From IMG/VR virus record IMGVR_UViG_3300044843_001102: 56,996 bases of DNA; one strand, 5' to 3'. Position numbers and translations under genes: made by a program. A model generated the notes under the pieces. It worked only from the letters and a program-made list of their open reading frames with translations. It was not told where the DNA came from and did not search any database. How positions within the stretch are numbered: position 1 is the stretch's first letter; every line of letters starts with the position of its first letter. This stretch comes from an uncultured virus (IMG/VR IMGVR_UViG_3300044843_001102) (taxonomy: Duplodnaviria; Heunggongvirae; Uroviricota; Caudoviricetes). Shown piece after piece: positions 37,644 to 46,753 of the stretch.

Positions 37644-40583
37644 TTAAATATTGAATGAAGCTCCTGATTTTGTAATAAAGAAGTCAACTGCAATGAATTC
37701 GATTGCTTTTGTTGGTTTCAAGAAAATCTTTGCATACAAGATATTTTGATCGATTAAATCTGGAGTTGTTGTTGTCTCATCTAGAATTAATCTATAATCC
37801 GTCAAACCGAATCTTGCTTTTACATCTGCAAGGAATGGTTCTGCTTGATCTTTAAAGTTGTTCCAAGTATCTTGAACATTTGGTTCAAATAGAACTCTTG
37901 TTGAGATTATGTTAATTCCTCTCTTGATGTAGAGCATTAATCTACGAACATTAATTCTGTCCAGAGCAGATGGAGTTGCCTGTAGTGTCTTCTGTCCAAA
38001 GATTACAATTCCTTCATTTGGGAATGATGCGATTGGATTAACGTTGACTGGATAGAGTTGATCTCTTTCTGCAGATGTTAATTTCTTAACAATGTTAACA
38101 ACGTTTACGCCTGCATTGCCGGTTGATAAACCACCACGATTAAATCCTGCTGGAGCAAACCAAGGGGCTTGAACACTATCATTGTAGGACATTGCGCCGA
38201 GAGCAACAACTGATGATGGAATTGGAACAATCTTACCCGTTACAGAATCAGAAATTTGAACCCAAGGATAATATGTTGCAGCATAACTTGTATTTAAATT
38301 TCTAGCTTTCATTCTTGTAACAACATCACTAACAGGAGCAACTCTTGGAGTTGCTGTTCCTTGTGCGTTGTCACTTTTTTCTTGTTTGGTTACATAAGAA
38401 GCTAAATTGGCTCCTACTCCAGACGCATCAATAATTGCCATTACATCTGCTCTACTTTCTGCCATTTGTGCAGCATATAGAGTTAATGGCTCATAAGCTA
38501 ATCCTGGAATGGTAAAGAGATTGCCTTGAACAAATTCTGGATCTCTTACCGTATCAATTGCTCTTCTGTATGTATTGTAGATATAGCTGTTTTGATCTGT
38601 TGAAGATCCGACTGTCATTGCAGAATTTCTTAGTGGCTCACCTTCCATAACGTTAAATCCATCAGTACCACCTTGGAAAGTGGTTGTGAAAGAATTTACA
38701 CCTTCGGTGTTTAAAAGTTGTGCAAATGTACCACTAACAGCAGTATAAGAACCATTTATACCAGAATTTGTTTTTGACCCAGCAGTCCAAATAAAATATT
38801 TATTTTGCCAAGTGCTTCCTGTAAGCTGTGAACCGGTTACGCGAACATCGTCTAAGCTAAATGCCCAAGCATAAGATAAGCCACCACCTTCCATACCAGT
38901 ATAAAATCCAGACCCAGTCAATGGTAATCTTAAAATATCATTAACGCCTTCATTATAAAGAATAGAAGAAGCAGCTCTTGTGGTGGCAGCTCCCCAATCA
39001 GCTAATTTGTAAGTTGTTAAAGAATCTTCTGATGAAGACACTCTTGTTCTTAATGATGGAAAATTAAATCTAAATGCTTGATCTGATGGACCACCACTGG
39101 CAGTTAAATTGACTGATGAAGTTTGTGCGAAACAACTTGAAGTTCCGTAAACAAATCCAACACCATTTGTAACGTTCGCCTGAGAAGCGAAAGTAGCAAT
39201 GTCATATTTTAGCGGACCTAATACGCCGAACGGAATATCTCCTGCATTTGATACATAGTCAGGAGCCATTTCGACTCTGATAAATTGAGAATTGTTTGGA
39301 TTCTCCCCAACTTCAGATAATATTCTATTAGATTCATCCCAACTGTAATATGTATCTCCAATTTTTCTTGCGATATAACTAGGAGAATCAGGATCTAGTG
39401 TACAACCGACAAAACTTTCTACAATAATTTTATTTGCATCAGTGTCATACACTCTTCGAACTTCAACATCAAATGTTCCATATTTTTGCGCATCATTTTG
39501 TGGAGCAATAATATTATTGATTGTTACTTTTAAATTGTTTCTTGTCCAATCACCATAATCAAGAGAAATAAATCTAAATAATTTCTTCTGATTTTTGGCT
39601 GAAAAGTCAGCTACAACTCCAGAAGATCCCTGACCAATGATCCAGCCTGTTCTAGCTGCATTGCTTTCATTTGCTTGTTTGTCTAATCTATTTTCAAATT
39701 TAATTGGTAAAATTATACCAACAGAATTTGTTAATACGCCATTAACCCCGTTTAGCGGATAAGAAGAAGACCCCGATATAACCATAAATGGTAATTCATT
39801 TTCAAAAGTTTCTCCTAACCAATATCCATAAAAAGAAGTACTTGTATTTGAAGGACCAGAGGTAGAATCTGTATTTGCATTTTGTGGATTTGTGTTAAAC
39901 ACTTTTCTAACAAATTTATCACTTGTTGGGCTAAAATCGAAATACTTAACAGTATTTGTATCAACTCCTTGACCAGAAGTTCCACTCATATATACAGAAA
40001 AAAGACCACTAGTACTATTAATCATAATACCATTATTTTGTTTTGGAGATGACGTACCATACAAAGTACCAGAGAGCACTGGAACAGTACCAGAGCAATA
40101 CCAAACAGCAGCTAAACAACCAGCCATTATAACAGAAGATTCAGATGATGAAGGAAAAACAAATAATCCATAAGCACCTTTAGGGGCAGAAGGCGTTGGG
40201 CTTCCAACTGTCCATCCTGCTTTCCCTTGATTATTTAAACTTGTAGATTCTGGATTATCAGCTTGTGTTCCTAATAATCTTACGAATGTAACTGTTGGGT
40301 TGTTTGCCAACCAAGCTTGAGCAGCATAACCACCATATGTTGGACCAGAAGGAATACCACTTCTCCAAACATCTCCAGAAGAATCTCCACCAGCAACCGG
40401 TTCACCAAACGTTTGTACAAACTCATCGTAAGAAGCAACTGTAACAGGACGCATTGCTGGCCCTCTTTCTGCTCTACCAATGATGATTGGTCCAACTGAT
40501 GCAGGAGATTCTGCAACTTGTGATTGATCTATTTCATTTAAAAAGATGCCTGGGGATGCAAACTTGAAAGCTTTTACTGCCAT
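37644..40583 (-). CDS. Contractile tail sheath (gp18-like)
   Basis: SPGIF..EID, YYPWV, WFAPAG..RG, GQKTLQ...SALDRINVRRL, EFIAVDF. Confidence 0.95.
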   Translation of the reverse strand: MAVKAFKFASPGIFLNEIDQSQVAESPASVGPIIIGRAERGPAMRPVTVASYDEFVQTFGEPVAGGDSSGDVWRSGIPSGPTYGGYAAQAWLANNPTVTFVRLLGTQADNPESTSLNNQGKAGWTVGSPTPSAPKGAYGLFVFPSSSESSVIMAGCLAAVWYCSGTVPVLSGTLYGTSSPKQNNGIMINSTSGLFSVYMSGTSGQGVDTNTVKYFDFSPTSDKFVRKVFNTNPQNANTDSTSGPSNTSTSFYGYWLGETFENELPFMVISGSSSYPLNGVNGVLTNSVGIILPIKFENRLDKQANESNAARTGWIIGQGSSGVVADFSAKNQKKLFRFISLDYGDWTRNNLKVTINNIIAPQNDAQKYGTFDVEVRRVYDTDANKIIVESFVGCTLDPDSPSYIARKIGDTYYSWDESNRILSEVGENPNNSQFIRVEMAPDYVSNAGDIPFGVLGPLKYDIATFASQANVTNGVGFVYGTSSCFAQTSSVNLTASGGPSDQAFRFNFPSLRTRVSSSEDSLTTYKLADWGAATTRAASSILYNEGVNDILRLPLTGSGFYTGMEGGGLSYAWAFSLDDVRVTGSQLTGSTWQNKYFIWTAGSKTNSGINGSYTAVSGTFAQLLNTEGVNSFTTTFQGGTDGFNVMEGEPLRNSAMTVGSSTDQNSYIYNTYRRAIDTVRDPEFVQGNLFTIPGLAYEPLTLYAAQMAESRADVMAIIDASGVGANLASYVTKQEKSDNAQGTATPRVAPVSDVVTRMKARNLNTSYAATYYPWVQISDSVTGKIVPIPSSVVALGAMSYNDSVQAPWFAPAGFNRGGLSTGNAGVNVVNIVKKLTSAERDQLYPVNVNPIASFPNEGIVIFGQKTLQATPSALDRINVRRLMLYIKRGINIISTRVLFEPNVQDTWNNFKDQAEPFLADVKARFGLTDYRLILDETTTTPDLIDQNILYAKIFLKPTKAIEFIAVDFFITKSGASFNI

Positions 40584-40611
40584 TTACTTTTCTCCTATGA
40601 GTAACTCCTAA

Positions 40612-40620
40612 TAAATAGTT
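40612..40620 (-). promoter_or_regulatory. Putative late-promoter motif ACTATTTA (representative copy)
   Basis: Same motif upstream of at least 14 genes; see findings. Confidence 0.65.
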
Positions 40621-40635
40621 TTAAGAATCTCAAAA

Positions 40636-41481
40636 TCATTCTCTATATGGAGTATCTGGATCACCATTTGTATTTATATCTCCCAAAATAGTTCTCTCAC
40701 GATTGATCCTGACTTTTGCCGGAGTCTCTCTGTAAACAGTATTTGGAGTTGTCTGATTAGTATCACTCGTCGTTGTAAACCCTAAAACTTTAACTGTAAA
40801 TTTGGATTCATAAATTTTTTCTGCCTCTCCTATGTCTGGAGAGTTTGTTGTAAAATTCATTGCTTTATCAACAAAGGCTTCATACTTAAAACCTCCATAC
40901 CTCAACATAAATACACCAGCATTATATGGAACAATAATTCTTTGTAGCGGAGCCATCATTTCATTAATTTGCTGTATATAAATTGACTTCATTGACACTT
41001 CGTAAGTTATGTCATAATATGATGGATATGGAGTAAATACCCATTCATATACAATTTCATTATTATTAAACTTAAAATTTGGTTGACCATAGACTCTTTG
41101 TGATTTAGCATTAGCGAAGTTTTTTGTTTTATCTTGTTGTACTTTTCTCCAGAATCCAAACTGATTATTTTTATAATCTATGCCTTTTCTAAATATCCCT
41201 GGTAATGGACTTTCTGCTTTTGTTGTTAATGCCATTGTAGTTCTTGCTAATTGAATTTGTGGAAAATCTAAAAATCCATTATTATCTCTATTATCTCTTT
41301 CTTCTTTAATTTGAAATGCTCTTTCTCTTGTAAACCAAACAACAGGAACTTTCTTAATACCTTCGTTCGTTGTGGCATGAACATCAAGAGTTTCATTTAA
41401 CCAAGTAAACATTGCCATATCAATTGTTTCAAAAGTAGAAACTGGTGTTGGATTGTCTTGTTGTTTATATGATGTGTCCAT
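40636..41481 (-). CDS. Tail terminator / sheath stabiliser (gp15-like)
   Basis: Between neck and sheath; VPVVW...ER, P.I...R, PSYYDITY. Confidence 0.65.
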   Translation of the reverse strand: MDTSYKQQDNPTPVSTFETIDMAMFTWLNETLDVHATTNEGIKKVPVVWFTRERAFQIKEERDNRDNNGFLDFPQIQLARTTMALTTKAESPLPGIFRKGIDYKNNQFGFWRKVQQDKTKNFANAKSQRVYGQPNFKFNNNEIVYEWVFTPYPSYYDITYEVSMKSIYIQQINEMMAPLQRIIVPYNAGVFMLRYGGFKYEAFVDKAMNFTTNSPDIGEAEKIYESKFTVKVLGFTTTSDTNQTTPNTVYRETPAKVRINRERTILGDINTNGDPDTPYRE

Positions 41482-41491
41482 TTATATACCT

Positions 41492-41989
41492 TTATTGTGC
41501 GTTGAATAGACCCTTTCTGCTCTTAATACATGTTGCTGTTATTTCTACTCTGTTCTCTGTTTGACCATAAGGAGAAGGTGGTTCGGATAATTTTACAATC
41601 TCGTAGAGAACTCCATTGTGTAGAATAAAATCACCTTCTCTAACATAAAGATCCTGATCTTCTGTTAATCTTCTCTTGTGGAAATGAACTGTCATCGTTG
41701 TATCTTTTTCTAAACCAAACTTATCTACTTTTGTTTCTATGTACTTGCCAGAAAATTCAACAAAGGCGTATACTCTAACTGGTGGAAGAAATGTCTTTGT
41801 TATTGCTTCACCATAAAGAGGATGAAAATCTGTTGAATCAATATCAATTGGATAATAAAGAATAGGTTGACCACTAACTCTTTCAGCGACCTCTGTAACT
41901 ATTTGTTTATTAAAGTCTCTCTCCGGTTGGTTAATAAACATCGGAGGCGGAGGAGCTGCTGGTTGTGTAAACTGATTCTTTTTTGCCAT
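41492..41989 (-). CDS. Neck / head-closure protein (gp14-like)
   Basis: GQPILYY, HPLYGEA, REGDF....LYEI. Confidence 0.75.
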   Translation of the reverse strand: MAKKNQFTQPAAPPPPMFINQPERDFNKQIVTEVAERVSGQPILYYPIDIDSTDFHPLYGEAITKTFLPPVRVYAFVEFSGKYIETKVDKFGLEKDTTMTVHFHKRRLTEDQDLYVREGDFILHNGVLYEIVKLSEPPSPYGQTENRVEITATCIKSRKGLFNAQ

Positions 41990-41993
41990 TTAA

Positions 41994-43244
41994 TTATCCT
42001 ACAAAGATTGGTAGTGGTGCGTATTTCATTGTTTCCGCAGCATTCTTGGCTATGCTGGCTTGTGTTTCTGTAATCTTGGTATATGTTAATTCATCAAGAA
42101 CTTTAACCAATTCATCTCTTAATGCAGTCTTTTCTTTCTCGGCTTCACCTAATAAAGCGGTTGCATTAAGAGTGATTGTAACTCCTGGAGATGGAACATT
42201 TCCTCCAAACTTACCACGAATTTGACCAAGCATTTCTTTTGACAAAGCTAATGCATATCTTCTGATCCATTGCTTTCCTATGCTATTGATGTTAGTATAG
42301 GGTATATTCTCGAAAGGTAGAGTGTTTAGGTTATTGATGCCACCAATACCATCATTTGAAGTTCCTGCTTCCCAAGCGTCGGGAACGATGTAAAATCTAA
42401 AATACATCTTTGTTACGTCTGTAACTGCTGGCACTGGATATAGTCTTAATTTGTTGTCCACAATCTCATAAGAGTGATGAGAAGTTCTTGTATAGATTGA
42501 ATCCTCATACATCATAGCTTGAAGCTTATTCTGCCAAGTGGGAACGACTTCAAACGTAGAATCATCGGTATACATACCATAGGTTGTCATATTACCAATG
42601 ACATTAATACCACCGTAATAAGCAAAGAATCTCCACATAGCTCTTGGAGTTACATAATAAACTTTTGTTACAACTGCTCTTTTGCCAACTAAATTTGATT
42701 TTCCAGCAGCAGTTAATGCTTCGTCTGCTGCTGCTTGTAAATCATAATCTTGAACACTTGAGGTTAAATTAATTGATGCTGAATAAACAGGAACATCACC
42801 GCCAACCCCAACAGAGGCTCCAAAACCTTTGGCAACATTTCTTGGTAGTTGTGCTTGGAATCTTGGAAACTTTAATGCAACGTTTGAGCCGGTTGGACCA
42901 GACAAAAGAGAACCCTTATGATCAAAAGTTCCTGTTGTTGCACCAAGCATATTTGGTAGAGAGTTCTTTGCTTGATGAATGTTTACAAGGTAGGAATATT
43001 CCATACAAGCGGCTTGGTAAGCAGAAAATACATTTTGATTTCTTAATTCAATATCTAATACATCGCCGCCTAACATTTTATAAACAAAGGCAACTTGCTC
43101 CGCCGCTCCAGTCAAGAAGTATTGATCTGTTGTGTATATGCTGAACGGATAGTTTGAAGCGGTTGAAGCTTCTGTTGCTGTTGCGGAAGATGATAATCTT
43201 ACCGTTGTTGTCGTTGATGCCGGGGTGATTGTTGGTAATGCCAT
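41994..43244 (-). CDS. Neck / adaptor protein (gp13-like)
   Basis: LGGDVLDIEL, WIRRYALALSKEMLGQIRGKF, TLN...L. Confidence 0.8.
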   Translation of the reverse strand: MALPTITPASTTTTVRLSSSATATEASTASNYPFSIYTTDQYFLTGAAEQVAFVYKMLGGDVLDIELRNQNVFSAYQAACMEYSYLVNIHQAKNSLPNMLGATTGTFDHKGSLLSGPTGSNVALKFPRFQAQLPRNVAKGFGASVGVGGDVPVYSASINLTSSVQDYDLQAAADEALTAAGKSNLVGKRAVVTKVYYVTPRAMWRFFAYYGGINVIGNMTTYGMYTDDSTFEVVPTWQNKLQAMMYEDSIYTRTSHHSYEIVDNKLRLYPVPAVTDVTKMYFRFYIVPDAWEAGTSNDGIGGINNLNTLPFENIPYTNINSIGKQWIRRYALALSKEMLGQIRGKFGGNVPSPGVTITLNATALLGEAEKEKTALRDELVKVLDELTYTKITETQASIAKNAAETMKYAPLPIFVG

Positions 43245-43714
43245 AATTTATTTCTCCACTTAACTAAATAGTGTTTATTGTCGAAATAATAATTAATAAT
43301 ATTTCCCATAATAAAACAACTTTCGGGATTCTTTCTCTTACGAACAAGATTTCTATTTAAAACGGCGCTGGCATATCCAGAACCGCAAGTGGTATTTAAT
43401 CCAGCATATCCACAATTATAGGCCGCAAGAGCATGATTCATATCACCTCTCGCCTGCTTATGCCAATATCGAAGCATTCGCACGCCAATGATTCGATTGA
43501 GATAAGGAATTTTTAAATAAGGTTTTTGTATTGGAGAATATCTTCTATCTATCTGCATTAACCCAACACAATAACCATTATCTCTTACAGAAGCTACACC
43601 TCTCGATTCCTGAAACTCAACTGAATCAATTATTTTGTTGCTTATTACTGGATCTACTGGTCTACAAGAGAACAATAAGCTGATCCAGAAACTCAGCTTA
43701 AAAATAACTAACAT
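43199..43714 (-). CDS. Lytic transglycosylase (SLT-like), likely lipoprotein
   Basis: Catalytic QES, GLMQI, ALAAYNCG; hydrophobic N-terminus ending LLFSC. Confidence 0.8.
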   Translation of the reverse strand: MLVIFKLSFWISLLFSCRPVDPVISNKIIDSVEFQESRGVASVRDNGYCVGLMQIDRRYSPIQKPYLKIPYLNRIIGVRMLRYWHKQARGDMNHALAAYNCGYAGLNTTCGSGYASAVLNRNLVRKRKNPESCFIMGNIINYYFDNKHYLVKWRNKLWHYQQSPRHQRQQR

Positions 43715-43730
43715 TACTATAAATAGTTTG

Positions 43731-45794
43731 TTAAATCAGTTTGGACTTCGCCGTTATAGATTTTAGAGTTGGAGCAACCTTTTTATCTTTTGTTGTCAAC
43801 TGTATTTCAACTTGTAGCATGTTGCCGATAATATTTGCCTTGGTAAGATCATAAGGAAATACTTCTGGCGGAAAATCAATAGGCTCAGACCATTTAGCAT
43901 TTTCTAGTTCTACTTTTGTATTGCCCGCTCTTAATCTAAACCTCAATGCTGTCCCTTCTGGAAGATCCGCTTCTGCTGAAATTGACTGCCACACTTGTTT
44001 CATTGTGGAAGTTGTTATTGGGTTTGATGATACACTTCCAAAGAATACTGTGCTGTATTGACCTTTTGGCGCAGTAAAGTAGTTTAGAGTATAACCAGTC
44101 ATGTCTGAGTATGTGTATGGAGATGAACCAACTGAAACAGTTCCTACCGCAGACATTGTATTTGGATCCATCTTTGTTGCGCTTGAACCACCTTGATTTA
44201 CGACCCAAACAAAACCATCATAGTCAATAGCAGCACCGACAGGGCTTCCTGCTCCCTTGATAAAACCTTCTACTTGTGGTGGATCAACATTGCCATTTAT
44301 TTTTACTGCCCCGCCTGAACCATCTACGGCGACATAAGTATAACCATCATTTGATGTAGCAACACCACGACCACCACCCCAGTTCATGTTAACGACCTTC
44401 CATTGTAATGTCTTGGGATCATAAACAGATGCTTTGTTGCCCGAAGCAACCCACAAACGACCATACTTATCTACATTAAGCCCGTAAGCACTAGCAGGGA
44501 ACTTTAGTTGTGGTAAGGTATTATTCTTTGTAACGACTTGTGTCAAAGGGTCTATCATGACCAGCGTGTTGAACTCACCTTGCGCCCAGATCATTCCCTT
44601 TTGGTCAATTACTAAACCATAGGGCGATACACCCAATGGAATTTCCGTCATCGTTGCGCCAGTGTTGGCATTAAGACGAACCATTGTTTTTTGGTTCCAA
44701 TAACCTATCCATACATGATTTTCTTTATCTACAGCGGCACCTCTAGCATAAGATCCTTTGCCGGGGTTTACAATAAACTTGATACACTCATCATTGCCTA
44801 TTGGCTGTGAGCTTGTCGATGTTTCAATAATACCATTGCCGTTTTTATCAGCACATTTTGTTTTATCTGCGATAATTTTTGTTACGGCACCATCGCCACG
44901 GCAAGCAACCCAAACATTTCCCTCAAGGTCAACAGAAGTTCTTGAAGGGTCTGAGCAAACTTGGAATCTACCAACTTCTGTAATGGTCTTACAATCAACT
45001 TTGGATACAGTGTTATTTGGTGAGTTTGCGATCCAAATAAACTTCAAGTTGAGCGAGATCGCTGATAAATCAAGAGTTACATTACCTTGTGGATCCAAAC
45101 CAAGCCCTGTAGCATTTTCACTATTTAGATTCCATCCTTTACCACCAGAACCAATAGTTTGTTGATTACAAGTTAGATCACAATTACCACAAGTTGATTT
45201 TACGCCCTCGTCTGTTTCGCCATCGCAGTCGTTGTCTTTGAAGTCGCAGAGTTCTGGTGCTGGTCCAATGCTCCCGCTACATGCTTTCCAGAAGCCGTCT
45301 GTACATAATTGCTGACCTTTTTTACACAAGCCTTTTCCTACTGTCGCTGGATCGTATTCATAACACGATAAAGGCTTGCCAGAACAAGTACAGCCTATAG
45401 TTCCAGCCTTTGAGCAATCTGGGCATACATCTCCAAAGTTTGGATTGAAGTCATCGCAATCAATACCAAAGTTGCAGTTTTCACCAAACCCATCGCCGTC
45501 TTCATCAATACATTCAGGCTCTTCTGTGTCCTCTACAGGAGGCTCAACATCTTCGACCGCATCTTCTTCTACTTCTATTATTTCCGTATTTTCTAGGTCA
45601 TTTTCCGCGTCTTCTACCTGTGTATCTTCCACTGGTTCTGTGTCTGATTCAATAACATCTGGTTGTTCTATATCTTTAACAATGATGGTGGTGTCTTGCT
45701 GTATGTCAAAGCCAATGCCCCCTTGAATAGTGGGCGCTGCTGTCTCTTGCGAACAGGAGACTAAAAATAAAAGCGGTATTATTTTCTTTAACAT
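43731..45794 (-). CDS. Lipoprotein with Cys-rich putative metal-binding repeats and a beta-propeller
   Basis: Lipobox LVSC; DEDGDG, DCDD, ELCDFKDNDCDGETDE; IWIANS, SRTSVD..GNVWV, YTYSDMTG. Confidence 0.75.
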   Translation of the reverse strand: MLKKIIPLLFLVSCSQETAAPTIQGGIGFDIQQDTTIIVKDIEQPDVIESDTEPVEDTQVEDAENDLENTEIIEVEEDAVEDVEPPVEDTEEPECIDEDGDGFGENCNFGIDCDDFNPNFGDVCPDCSKAGTIGCTCSGKPLSCYEYDPATVGKGLCKKGQQLCTDGFWKACSGSIGPAPELCDFKDNDCDGETDEGVKSTCGNCDLTCNQQTIGSGGKGWNLNSENATGLGLDPQGNVTLDLSAISLNLKFIWIANSPNNTVSKVDCKTITEVGRFQVCSDPSRTSVDLEGNVWVACRGDGAVTKIIADKTKCADKNGNGIIETSTSSQPIGNDECIKFIVNPGKGSYARGAAVDKENHVWIGYWNQKTMVRLNANTGATMTEIPLGVSPYGLVIDQKGMIWAQGEFNTLVMIDPLTQVVTKNNTLPQLKFPASAYGLNVDKYGRLWVASGNKASVYDPKTLQWKVVNMNWGGGRGVATSNDGYTYVAVDGSGGAVKINGNVDPPQVEGFIKGAGSPVGAAIDYDGFVWVVNQGGSSATKMDPNTMSAVGTVSVGSSPYTYSDMTGYTLNYFTAPKGQYSTVFFGSVSSNPITTSTMKQVWQSISAEADLPEGTALRFRLRAGNTKVELENAKWSEPIDFPPEVFPYDLTKANIIGNMLQVEIQLTTKDKKVAPTLKSITAKSKLI

Positions 45795-45800
45795 ATTATC

Positions 45801-46751
45801 CTACTTTTTGAGAATTTCTATTCTTATGCCTTTTGTTTCAAGCGTGTTTGTTAGAACAATATCTTCTTTACTTACTCCACGCTCTGCAAACCAAGTTGCT
45901 AATTTTTCTGCCTTTTCTTTAAGAATCTTATCTTCACTATAAATTATTTTAATGGATGATTTTAATACTTTATGAACCTTTAATATGTTTTCCAAGTATC
46001 CTTTTGACTCAACATTTAATTGAGGTTCTACTTTAGTTTCCTCAACTTTAACTGGTGGATCTGGTTGCTTAACTGGGGTTGCTGGTTCTGGAAGTTTAAT
46101 AGGTTCAACAACTGGTTCTGGTGTTTTCACTGCTGGCTTTACTTCTACTGGTTTCTCCACAACGGGAGCAGGAACCTTCTTTGGCGAAAAGATTTTTTCA
46201 AAGCCCAAAGTTAAACTATACGATGGAACAAAAGAATTCTTTGATTCTACAGAGGGAGAGAATAAAACCTGTGGCTCAAAAAAAAATCTTGCTGATGAAA
46301 ATAGATCCGTTGAAAATCTTAAGGACGAAGAGAAACCTGTGTCAGAGTCAATTTTATCTGTGTATCCAGCGGTTAGAGTATTGACAACAAAGCCGGGCTT
46401 TACAGAAACTCTAAAATCATAAATTTGATACTGAACATTTAGAGAGGTAATAATAGTTTGATTTTGCAAACTTGTTCCAAACCTTTCATTTACTTGGGCA
46501 GACAACCAGCCGTATCCAAGCATTAAATCTGGACCAATTCTAAAAGAAGGGCTGGCATCAAACAGAAATGATCCATTCAATGCCAACCCACCTGAAAATT
46601 CTGGAATTAAACTTTCATGTTTTGAAACTGCTCCTAACTGATCCTTTTCGTCAAAAATCCTACCATAGCCACCAAGCCCAACTGTTGCTTCCCAAGCATT
46701 GGCAGTATTTGATAATAGTAATAAAAAGAGAGTTAAGAGCAGTTTTTTCAT
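45801..46751 (-). CDS. OmpA-like outer-membrane protein
   Basis: Signal peptide ANA, amphipathic beta-strands, Pro-rich linker, truncated OmpA_C-like end (KAEKLATWFAERGV...I...RIEI). Confidence 0.6.
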   Translation of the reverse strand: MKKLLLTLFLLLLSNTANAWEATVGLGGYGRIFDEKDQLGAVSKHESLIPEFSGGLALNGSFLFDASPSFRIGPDLMLGYGWLSAQVNERFGTSLQNQTIITSLNVQYQIYDFRVSVKPGFVVNTLTAGYTDKIDSDTGFSSSLRFSTDLFSSARFFFEPQVLFSPSVESKNSFVPSYSLTLGFEKIFSPKKVPAPVVEKPVEVKPAVKTPEPVVEPIKLPEPATPVKQPDPPVKVEETKVEPQLNVESKGYLENILKVHKVLKSSIKIIYSEDKILKEKAEKLATWFAERGVSKEDIVLTNTLETKGIRIEILKK

Positions 46752-46753
46752 TG